Positions 22,839 to 31,226 of a stretch of DNA of 64,000 nucleotides are shown here, one piece after another. Within the stretch, counting starts at the first letter, position 1. Each line of letters opens with the position of its first letter. The translations under genes were made by a program, and so were the position numbers. The stretch spans positions 96,001 through 160,000 of the forward strand of contig OY760505.1 in the NCBI GenBank assembly GCA_963663545.1. Direction: 5' to 3'. The notes below the pieces were generated by a model, which saw only the letters and a program-made list of their open reading frames with translations, had not been told where the DNA came from and ran no database searches. The DNA is from Candidatus Delongbacteria bacterium (GTDB lineage Bacteria > CAIWAD01).

Positions 22839-23156
22839 ATGAATTTTTACACGAACGATCTAGTACGCTCCCGACTGAAGACGGAAAAGAAACCGCCTGA
22901 TCACATTCCCAAATACCAGACTTTTGAAGCCAAACTCTCCATCCTTCTGACGGCGGAGCAGCACAAGTTCCTCGAGGATACGGTGGCCACGATCATGCGC
23001 AACCGTCGCGATAAGCGCGAGCGGATCACCAAGAACAGCGTGCTGCGCGTGCTCGTGGATTTCATGCAAACCCTTGATGTTGACCTTGAAAACGTGCCGG
23101 ACGAGAAGGAGTTAATGAAGCGCGTCTTCATAGCGCGACTGAACAAAATGCTCTGA
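22839..23156 (+). CDS. Small basic protein, possible ribbon-helix-helix DNA-binding protein
   Basis: Strong RBS GGAGG; strand-helix-helix pattern KLSILLT-AEQHKFLEDTVATI...ITKNSVLRVLVD; fold is inferred. Confidence 0.55.
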   Translation: MNFYTNDLVRSRLKTEKKPPDHIPKYQTFEAKLSILLTAEQHKFLEDTVATIMRNRRDKRERITKNSVLRVLVDFMQTLDVDLENVPDEKELMKRVFIARLNKML

Positions 23157-23238
23157 AGCCAGTGCTAGAGCGGCTTGAGACAAATTTGACACCGCTCTGC
23201 AGCTAAAGCAAGTTTATTGCACTTAGCCATATTCCCGG

Positions 23239-24102
23239 TTGCGTGGAACTGGCGGATTTGATAGCATTCCCCTGAATCCAATTCGTACGGGGAATGCAGT
23301 GTCCGCTCACTTGTGGAATCGAGAACAGTCCGTCGCCACAGCCAGCAGCGGCGCAGGTCAGCAGCGCTTTCCTGCCCGTGCGCGCTTTCGTGGATTGCTT
23401 TTCGTTCCCGCCGAGCAGGATGATGCTCTGCACGAAGATCCGCTACTTCGCGCCATCGAGCGCCTGCGCGCTACCGATGACACCGTTTTCCGTAAAGCTG
23501 CCGAGAATCCTTTGCCGAATCCTGGTGTGGCAAACGCCCTCCGGCGCATGGACGATCGTTTGCACTGGCTGCGCAATCTGCTGGATCAATCCGCTGAAAG
23601 CGTCACAAGCTACGGTGTAGTTGATGAGAAGCCGGTGGATGCAACTGTCGAACCCGATGCCATTCTGGAAAGAACTCCCAAGCTCACAGAGCCCATCGCG
23701 CAATCACCCGAGCCGCATTTCTCGAGTCAGGAGTTGCGCTTGGAGCAGCTTCTGCACGATTACTTCAGCGAATGGCGTCTGATGAGCGAAGACGAGGAAC
23801 GTGATCCATCCGCTCAATTGCAGGCTTTTGCCCATTCGATCTACATGGAGCAATTGCTCCAGCACTTCCAACTTCCCTTTCTGTTGCTCAGTCAGGATCT
23901 ACGCATTCTGCAGTACTCGCTCACCGCGACGCGACACCTTGCGCTGAAGGGGCTGCAGCTTGGTAGCAGTCTTGCCACGCGATTGCGCGTCTCACCTGCC
24001 GAATCCACTTCATGTCTGCTTTCCGACGAGGATGGCGCCACCACATGGTCCATCCACTGCTGCGCCGTAGGAAATGGACGCCTAGTCATTTTACCCGAGT
24101 AA
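23239..24102 (+). CDS. Hypothetical protein
   Basis: 287-codon ORF filling the gap; no recognised motif; start uncertain. Confidence 0.5.
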   Translation: MRGTGGFDSIPLNPIRTGNAVSAHLWNREQSVATASSGAGQQRFPARARFRGLLFVPAEQDDALHEDPLLRAIERLRATDDTVFRKAAENPLPNPGVANALRRMDDRLHWLRNLLDQSAESVTSYGVVDEKPVDATVEPDAILERTPKLTEPIAQSPEPHFSSQELRLEQLLHDYFSEWRLMSEDEERDPSAQLQAFAHSIYMEQLLQHFQLPFLLLSQDLRILQYSLTATRHLALKGLQLGSSLATRLRVSPAESTSCLLSDEDGATTWSIHCCAVGNGRLVILPE

Positions 24103-24169
24103 TATTGACAGGATTAAGTTAGCTTGGCCGAAATTTTGCAAACGGTTCTCCAGAGGAGGATTTCCCCAT

Positions 24170-26929
24170 ATGCTGCCGAAAACCCTGCGACTCCTGAGCC
24201 TGTTGCTGCTGATTCGACTACTTCCCGCAGTCCCCGCCATGCCCGGTTGGTGCGAGGGTGATGCCGCGGGCGTTTCTTTCCGTTTCCACCAATACGGTGA
24301 CGAGTTCTACGCCTGGGCCGAAAGTGAAGACGGCTACACGCTACTGATGGACCAGCAAGGGAGTTGGGTTTACGCGCTTCCTGCGGCTGACGGTAGCTTG
24401 CGCCAAAGTGGCCAGGTTTATTTTCCTGGCGATGCATCCGCTCCTGCCTCTGCGCGCGGCTTGCGACCTGACTCCGATTGGCTGAGGACTTATGTGGGCG
24501 CGATGCGCGCACAACGGGACGCTATGTCTGCGCGTGTACGCAACGAGCGGGTTGAAGGCGAATGGAACGTGCTGCTGATCCTGATCCACTATCCAGACCA
24601 GAGTACGCAGGTCAGCTCCGAGGCCTTTGAGGCCATGATGAATGAGCCGGGCTACATGGATATCGGTTCCTTTCGCGACTTCTACCTAGACCAGAGCTAT
24701 GGTCGTTTTGGCACGACGCACACCGTGACGCAGTGGTACACGGCGACGCACGAACACGACTACTATGGATATAACGTGGGCTATTGGGCTGCTCAGGAAT
24801 TGATTGCCGAGGCTGTAGAGGCCGCCGATGCAGCAGTCGACTTTGCTGATTTCGACAATAACGGTGACGGCTACGTGGATGGCCTGATGGTTGTGCACAG
24901 CGGCCACGGCGCTGAAGAGGGGGATGAGACCAATATCTGGTCTCACCGTTGGAGCATTCCCGCGATCCAGGTGGATGGCGTCCTTGTAAGCGACTACACC
25001 ATGCAACCTGAATTGCAGAGCCAGCACATGGCGCGCATTGGTGTGTATGTGCACGAGTTCGGCCATAACCTGGGTCTGCCGGACCTGTACGATACCGATT
25101 ATTCCAGTTCGGGTGTAGGTTCCTGGTGCGTCATGTCGGGCGGTTCCTGGGGCGGAGCCGCAGGCGGTAATGCTGCGCGCCCTGTTTCCTTCAGCGCCTG
25201 GTGCCGCTACTTCTTGGGCTGGGCCACTGTTACGACCACGCAAACAGAGCTGGCCGATTATCCGCTAGTGGCAAAGGCATACAGCGATGAATTGATCAAG
25301 CTCACTCTACCCAGCGCACCGACACAGTATTTCCTGGTTGAAAACCGTCAGCGGCTGAAATGGGACCTCAATACGGCTGGTCCCGGCCTGCTGATTTGGC
25401 ATGTGGATGAAGACCGCTGGAGCAATGAAGACGAGAGCCATCCGCACGTAGACCTTGAGCAAGCTGACGGTACACGTGACTTGAACAACAATGGTGCCGA
25501 CGATGCTGGCGATCCCTTTCCTGGCAGTACGCTTAATCGCGACTTCTGCGAGACCTCGCTGCCTTCCAGTTGCCCTTACAGCCTCGCAAGCAGTCCGGTC
25601 AGCATTCGCAACATTCCCGATGCCGCCGACACGATGATCTGCAGCTTCTTCCAGGATTTTTCCCATCAGGATCTGGAGCAGGAGTCCTGGCTGATTCCCG
25701 CGGACGATGGCGGCGACAATTGGCTTGATCCCGGTGAAGAGGGTGAGCTGAGCTTGTACTTGATGAATCACGGCAGCGACATCGAAAGCCTCGAGTTACG
25801 GCTGCGTGTCCCCGCCGGATTCACCGTGTTGGATAGCCTCTGGACGGGCAGCGGCCTGGAGGCAGATGAGAGCTTTGATACCTCCGATGCGCCCTTCAGG
25901 CTTGCCGTGGATGCCGCATTGACTCCCGGTCACTACGAGTTCACCTTGTGGTCCCTTGACGACGGCGGATGGGAGCAGGAAATCCCGGTGTACGTTGTCA
26001 TCGGTCGTGCCAGCGTGCTGGTGGTCAATACCGATTCTTCCGCGCCTGAGAATAGCGCATACTTCCTTGATGTACTGGCACAGTCCGGCTTGAGTTGGGA
26101 GAGCCGCTGCCTGAGCGGAAACACGCTGGTGCCGGTGGATCTGCCCTCCTATGAGCGGGTGATTTACTTCACAGGCACCGAAGAAGAGCCGCTATCGAAC
26201 GATGAGCGCGACGATCTGCAGGAGTACGTATACAGCGGCGGCAAGCTGATTCTGAGTGGCCAGCACCTGGTGGACGATACCGATGCCGATTTCCTTGCCC
26301 TCATCGGAGCAACCCCCAACGTGCTCCACAATGATGGCTTGATCCTTGAAGGCGTCGATGCGAGCCCCTTGTTCTGGTCCGATTTACGCTTGCTGCTGTT
26401 TGGCGGAAATGGGGCCTGGAACCAGGAGTTGCCAACCTTGACCCTGCAGGCCACAACGGGCGTGCCGCTCCTGAACTGGCAGGATGGCTTGGCAGCCTCG
26501 GTTGCCATGGATCACGGCACGAACCAGGGCAGAGTCATCACCTGTGCCTTCAGCCTGGAATCGATTCACGCAGGTGGTTCTTTCCGGCCGCTGGGGGACG
26601 TGATCAATCCAATGCTGGCCTGGCTCGAGGACGGTACCGGCGTCGATGAGCCCGTCACGCAACCCGAGGCGATGGAAGTGCACCTGGCTCCCAATCCTTT
26701 CAATCCCGTCAGCAATCTCTTCTACACCTTGCCGCAGGCGGGGGAGAGTCAGTTGCGTATCTATAATCTGCGCGGCCAACTTGTTCTGCAGCTTTCGCCC
26801 GGTGTGTTGCCGGCGGGCAGCGGATTCCTGAAGGTCGACCTGAGTTCCTCCTCCAGCGGTCTCTATTTCCTCGTGCTGGAGGTGAAAGGCCAGGGAAGTG
26901 CTGTGACACGAGCCATGTTGCTGCGCTAA
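24170..26929 (+). CDS. Secreted M6 family (immune inhibitor A-like) metalloprotease with C-terminal sorting domain
   Basis: Signal peptide; VHEFGHNLGLPDLYD zinc motif, WCVMSGGSW, YFLVENRQ and GLLIWHVD; C-terminal PNPFNP...IYNLRGQLV...SGLYF. Confidence 0.88.
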   Translation: MLPKTLRLLSLLLLIRLLPAVPAMPGWCEGDAAGVSFRFHQYGDEFYAWAESEDGYTLLMDQQGSWVYALPAADGSLRQSGQVYFPGDASAPASARGLRPDSDWLRTYVGAMRAQRDAMSARVRNERVEGEWNVLLILIHYPDQSTQVSSEAFEAMMNEPGYMDIGSFRDFYLDQSYGRFGTTHTVTQWYTATHEHDYYGYNVGYWAAQELIAEAVEAADAAVDFADFDNNGDGYVDGLMVVHSGHGAEEGDETNIWSHRWSIPAIQVDGVLVSDYTMQPELQSQHMARIGVYVHEFGHNLGLPDLYDTDYSSSGVGSWCVMSGGSWGGAAGGNAARPVSFSAWCRYFLGWATVTTTQTELADYPLVAKAYSDELIKLTLPSAPTQYFLVENRQRLKWDLNTAGPGLLIWHVDEDRWSNEDESHPHVDLEQADGTRDLNNNGADDAGDPFPGSTLNRDFCETSLPSSCPYSLASSPVSIRNIPDAADTMICSFFQDFSHQDLEQESWLIPADDGGDNWLDPGEEGELSLYLMNHGSDIESLELRLRVPAGFTVLDSLWTGSGLEADESFDTSDAPFRLAVDAALTPGHYEFTLWSLDDGGWEQEIPVYVVIGRASVLVVNTDSSAPENSAYFLDVLAQSGLSWESRCLSGNTLVPVDLPSYERVIYFTGTEEEPLSNDERDDLQEYVYSGGKLILSGQHLVDDTDADFLALIGATPNVLHNDGLILEGVDASPLFWSDLRLLLFGGNGAWNQELPTLTLQATTGVPLLNWQDGLAASVAMDHGTNQGRVITCAFSLESIHAGGSFRPLGDVINPMLAWLEDGTGVDEPVTQPEAMEVHLAPNPFNPVSNLFYTLPQAGESQLRIYNLRGQLVLQLSPGVLPAGSGFLKVDLSSSSSGLYFLVLEVKGQGSAVTRAMLLR

Positions 26930-26974
26930 CCGGACCAGCATGTCTTAGCGAGTATCACGCAGGCAGTCAGGCTA

Positions 26975-27000
26975 AAAGCAGGGCTGCCTGCTTTGTTGTT
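26975..27000 (+). terminator. Probable rho-independent terminator
   Basis: AAAGCAGG-GCTG-CCTGCTTT followed by GTTGTT, 45 bp after the protease stop. Confidence 0.6.
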
Positions 27001-27161
27001 CGCGGCTTTTCTCGTGTATGCCTTGCAATTGGGCCCTTGGGTTATCGAAATTAACCGAACCCTACTCCTGACAGCGAAGGAGTGGTACTACGCCTTGCCG
27101 GCGCGCTTCAAGTCTTGACCTTGGACAGGTCGCGCGACGCCGCTGCAATCTGGAGATTCCA

Positions 27162-29462
27162 ATGAGGCATGGGCCCTACCTGCGATTGAGTCTGTTTCTG
27201 TTCCTCGCACTGCTGCTGACCGGATGCGCCTATTTCAACACATACTACAACGCCGATCAGGCCTATGAAGAGGGCTTGAAAAAAGCGCGCGAAAGCACCA
27301 CACAGCAGGCGGGTGCCAGCGAGTTCAGCAATTGTCTTGAGATCTCGTCCAAGCTCTTGCAGTTCTATCCGGATTCCCGCTGGGTCGACAACACGATTCT
27401 GTTGATAGCGAAATGCTACGTGCAAACAGGCCAGTATCATCGCGCCATACGCAAGATTGACGAGCTGGAGAATCGCTTTCCCAAGTCGAAGCTGCTTCCC
27501 GAAGCCCGTGCCTTTCGAGCTCAGGCCTTGCTGGGGCTGGACCGACGTGACGAAGCGCGTACCGTACTGGCTTCGATGATTCCCGAAAACCTGCGCCGTG
27601 AGGTGCGCATCGAGTACTATCGGACCTGGGCAAAACTCTACCGCAGCGAGAAGAACTGGAGCCGCCTGGTCGAGGTGCAGCAGAGCCTGCTGAAGTTGGC
27701 CAAGAGCCGTGTGACAAAGGGCGAGATCAACGCGGAAATCGGCAAGACCTACGAAACACTGGGACAGTACGAGGATGCCGTACGCCACTATTCCGCCGTG
27801 CGTCGCCTGCGTCCGGGTAAACGCATTCAGCTTGAATCAGAATTGGGCGCGATAGACAACTTGATTCGTATGCAGCGTTTCACGCGCGCCGCTTCACGAC
27901 TGAAGCGTTTGAAGAAGGACGAACGCTATTTCGATGATCTGCATCGCATTGACCTGCGCGAAGGAAATCTACTGATTGCGCAGGGCGAGGTGGAAGCGGC
28001 CATGCAGAGCTATCAAGACATGTTGAAGAATCACGCCAATACCGTCAGCTCGTCGGGTGCGGCCTATGCCATTGCGCAAGTCTACCTCCTGCGTCTGGAT
28101 AATCCCGATTCGGCCAAAGTGTACTACGAGCGCTGCAAGCGTGAACAGGGCAATAGCCAGTGGGCTGATTCGGTGGCGGCGCGGCTCGAATTGGTCAACG
28201 CCTACAGCGGTCGACTGCGCGAAGTTGTCCGGCTGGATAGTCTGATAGATGACACCGCCATTCGGCTGATTCCGGATTCTGCCTATGTGCGCTCGGTGTG
28301 GGCGCAGCTTCCCGATTTATACTTGCAGGCGCGCGCTGACAGTGCCCATCAGGACACGCTACGCTTACTGCAGGAGGTCGACAGTCTGCAGAGCGCTGAA
28401 GCGGATAGTACGATTGATCTGGCCACGCTGCTTCAGCGCCGTGCTCGCGAGGATAGTCTGCGCATCGCGGAGGAGGAGGACCTGAGCCGCACACCAACGC
28501 GGCGACGCCTGTTCCAGCGTTCCCGGCGTCAGCGCGAGAAGGAACAGGCCGATAGCCTGGCCGCCGCACACATCGCCGACAGTCTAGCGGCTCTGGTGGC
28601 TACAGGGTTGCGTCGCACGCAGGATTCACTGCTGGTGCACGCAGTACTGGATACAGCTCGATGGGAGATCGCCGTTGATTCTGCCGCCATTCTCAGCGAA
28701 CGTGACAGTTTGTTTCGAGCGGAGTATGAAGAACGCTACATGTTGGCCGAGCTTTACCTCTACAAGCTGGAACAGGATGAGAAGGCCGACAGCTTGATTC
28801 GCGTGTTGGTGGCGGATTCCTTGCTGGCCACCGAATCACAAGCCGGACGAAGCCTTTATGCCTTGGGGACAATTCGAATTGCACGACAGGGCGATAGCTT
28901 GGCGGGTAGCAATTTGTATCACGAACTGATCGACCGCTATCCTCTCACCAATACAGCTGGTGCCGCCCGCGAATGGCTGGGGCTTCCCCCTGAAATTACC
29001 GTCGCCGATAGCGCGAGGGTGCTTTTGGAAATAGCCGAGGCTGCGCGTGATACGCTTTGGGACCCAACCGCTATCATGGCCGCCTACGATACTGTGATAC
29101 AAACCTTTCCCGAAACAGAGCAGGCACGGCAGGCCAATGTGGCGGCGGGCTTGATCGCGTGGGAGTGGCTGGGGAATCGTAGTCTGGCCACGCCCTACTT
29201 TGAGCAAGCCCTGCGCTTTGATGCGGAGCATCCGGGCAACGCGCTTCTGCTACGCCTGCTTGGCCGTACGAGCGTCGAAGTGGCCGTAGCGGAGGAGGAC
29301 ATGGAGCAGACGCCGGAAATCGATCTGGCGGAAGCACTGGTTGACGCAGACGGTCGCTATTATCAGGACGCGCACCTCGATCTCGAGCACCAACTTGAAA
29401 ACCTGCGGCAGCGCTTTCAACAGATGGGCGGTCGCCTACATTTGCAACGGATTCTACATTGA
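27162..29462 (+). CDS. TPR-repeat lipoprotein
   Basis: Lipobox LTGC then AYFNTYYNA; multiple TPR-like helices (YPDSRWVD, FPKSKL, YPLT, FPET). Confidence 0.75.
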   Translation: MRHGPYLRLSLFLFLALLLTGCAYFNTYYNADQAYEEGLKKARESTTQQAGASEFSNCLEISSKLLQFYPDSRWVDNTILLIAKCYVQTGQYHRAIRKIDELENRFPKSKLLPEARAFRAQALLGLDRRDEARTVLASMIPENLRREVRIEYYRTWAKLYRSEKNWSRLVEVQQSLLKLAKSRVTKGEINAEIGKTYETLGQYEDAVRHYSAVRRLRPGKRIQLESELGAIDNLIRMQRFTRAASRLKRLKKDERYFDDLHRIDLREGNLLIAQGEVEAAMQSYQDMLKNHANTVSSSGAAYAIAQVYLLRLDNPDSAKVYYERCKREQGNSQWADSVAARLELVNAYSGRLREVVRLDSLIDDTAIRLIPDSAYVRSVWAQLPDLYLQARADSAHQDTLRLLQEVDSLQSAEADSTIDLATLLQRRAREDSLRIAEEEDLSRTPTRRRLFQRSRRQREKEQADSLAAAHIADSLAALVATGLRRTQDSLLVHAVLDTARWEIAVDSAAILSERDSLFRAEYEERYMLAELYLYKLEQDEKADSLIRVLVADSLLATESQAGRSLYALGTIRIARQGDSLAGSNLYHELIDRYPLTNTAGAAREWLGLPPEITVADSARVLLEIAEAARDTLWDPTAIMAAYDTVIQTFPETEQARQANVAAGLIAWEWLGNRSLATPYFEQALRFDAEHPGNALLLRLLGRTSVEVAVAEEDMEQTPEIDLAEALVDADGRYYQDAHLDLEHQLENLRQRFQQMGGRLHLQRILH

Positions 29463-30250
29463 TACAGCGTACGACGACAACCCTGACAGTGCGGGAAAAT
29501 CGCCTTCTGGGTGGTGATTTGTATCTGCTCAGTCTAGCTGCACCCGCGGGTACAAGCCCGCAGTTTCATTTTCACGCGGGCCAGTTTGCCGAGCTGAAAG
29601 TGGCGGGCAAGGTGCTGCCACGCCCCTTTTCCATTCTACCCTCAACTGAGCGTGATACATTGCGCTTTCTGATCAAACGTGTAGGCGCAGGAACACAGTA
29701 TTTCTGCGGCTTGCGCGCCGGTGACGAGCTGGGATGCACCTGGCCTCTCGGCTCGCACTTTGACGTAGCACGTATCAACTCCGAAGTCCTGCTGGTCGGT
29801 GGAGGTGTTGGTGTAGCCCCCATGCTGGCAGCTTTTGATGAGCTTAGCAGGCATGAGCGTCCTGCACCGGCACTCTTCGGTTTTCGCAGTGGAGCGGAGG
29901 CAAATGCGGTCGCCGAGTTGATTCCAGATAGCTGTGATACGCTGCTGGTCACGGAAGACGGAAGTCTTGGCTTGCGTGGACGGGTAACCGATCCCCTTCA
30001 GGATCGCCTGCCCGGTCTTCCCCCGGATGCCGTGGTGCTCTGTTGCGGGCCGGACCCAATGATGAAAGCCGTTGCCGCCATGTGTCACAAGCACGGGTTG
30101 CGCTGCTTGCTAAGTCTTGAAACCTACATGGGCTGCGGTGTGGGCATCTGCGCCGGTTGTGCTGTCAAGCGCAAAGAGAACGAAGGATGGTATCTCTGCT
30201 GTCAGCATGGTCCCGTCTTTGAGGCTTCCCTATTGGAGGAGTACCGGTGA
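29459..30250 (+). CDS. pyrK: Dihydroorotate dehydrogenase electron transfer subunit
   Basis: RPFSI, GGGVGVAP, CGPDPMM and [2Fe-2S] motif MGCGVGICAGC...CQHGPVF. Confidence 0.93.
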   Translation: MIQRTTTTLTVRENRLLGGDLYLLSLAAPAGTSPQFHFHAGQFAELKVAGKVLPRPFSILPSTERDTLRFLIKRVGAGTQYFCGLRAGDELGCTWPLGSHFDVARINSEVLLVGGGVGVAPMLAAFDELSRHERPAPALFGFRSGAEANAVAELIPDSCDTLLVTEDGSLGLRGRVTDPLQDRLPGLPPDAVVLCCGPDPMMKAVAAMCHKHGLRCLLSLETYMGCGVGICAGCAVKRKENEGWYLCCQHGPVFEASLLEEYR

Positions 30251-31161
30251 GTGAGATGCGTACCTCGATCGGCACCCTTGGCCTGCGAAATCCAATCACC
30301 TTGGCCTCAGGAACCTGTGGCTTTGGCCAGGAGCTTGCTGATTTTGTCGACTTCGATACTCTGGGCGGCATCTTCACAAAAGCAGTAACACAAGAGGTGC
30401 GCCCCGGTAACCCCATGCCGCGTCTGGCAGAGACCGAACACGGGTTGCTGAACTCCATCGGTCTGGCGAATCCGGGCCTGGCGGGGTTTCTTCGTGATCG
30501 CCTTCCCTGGTTGCAGGCACAGTCGTGTGCTGTATTGGTTAACGTTGCAGGACGCTGCCCCGAAGAGTACATGGCCGTGCTTGAGGCCCTGAACGATCAG
30601 CCTGGGATCGACGGTATTGAATTGAATGTCAGCTGCCCTAATGTTCGCGAGGGCGGCATCGCCTTCGGTACCGACCCGGATGTATTTTCCAGGTTGGTGC
30701 GTCAGGCGCGCGAGGTGTATCACGGCTTGCTTGTTGTCAAAATGACACCTCAGGTCAGTAGTGTATCACGCATGGCGGCCTTGGCCGAAGACTACGGAGC
30801 AGATGCACTGAGCATGATTAACACCATTCCGGGGATGGCCATTGATGTCCACACGCGGCGTCCTCGTACCGTAACGAACACCAGCGGCTACAGCGGCCCA
30901 GGTATCAAGCCGGTAGCTGTGGCCCAGGTCTGGCAGGCAAGCCGGGCCTGCAAGCTGCCCATTGTAGGTATCGGCGGTATCACATGTGTCACAGATGTAA
31001 TCGAGTTCCTGTTGGCGGGAGCCTCTGCCGTTCAAGTGGGGACAGCGAGCTTCCGTGATCCGGATCTTGCTGCGCGTCTTGTCATCGAGTTGAACCAGTG
31101 GTGCGATGAACAGGGCGTGAAGGAGGTAATGGAGTTGATCGGAGCTGTTCGTCCCTGGTGA
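30247..31161 (+). CDS. pyrD: Dihydroorotate dehydrogenase (class 1B)
   Basis: NPITLASGT, NSIGLANPG, ELNVSCPNV, SGPGIKP and AGASAVQVGT; follows pyrK. Confidence 0.95.
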   Translation: MSEMRTSIGTLGLRNPITLASGTCGFGQELADFVDFDTLGGIFTKAVTQEVRPGNPMPRLAETEHGLLNSIGLANPGLAGFLRDRLPWLQAQSCAVLVNVAGRCPEEYMAVLEALNDQPGIDGIELNVSCPNVREGGIAFGTDPDVFSRLVRQAREVYHGLLVVKMTPQVSSVSRMAALAEDYGADALSMINTIPGMAIDVHTRRPRTVTNTSGYSGPGIKPVAVAQVWQASRACKLPIVGIGGITCVTDVIEFLLAGASAVQVGTASFRDPDLAARLVIELNQWCDEQGVKEVMELIGAVRPW

Positions 31162-31226
31162 TACATTTCACTTTAACCTGATACCAGCACACTATTAGAT
31201 TCTCCTCAACCATGGGGAGATCGATC

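Noticed and set aside
27020-27161. 6S RNA or PyrR attenuator
   Set aside because: Only superficial similarity; I could not build the long 6S rod or find the PyrR consensus loop.
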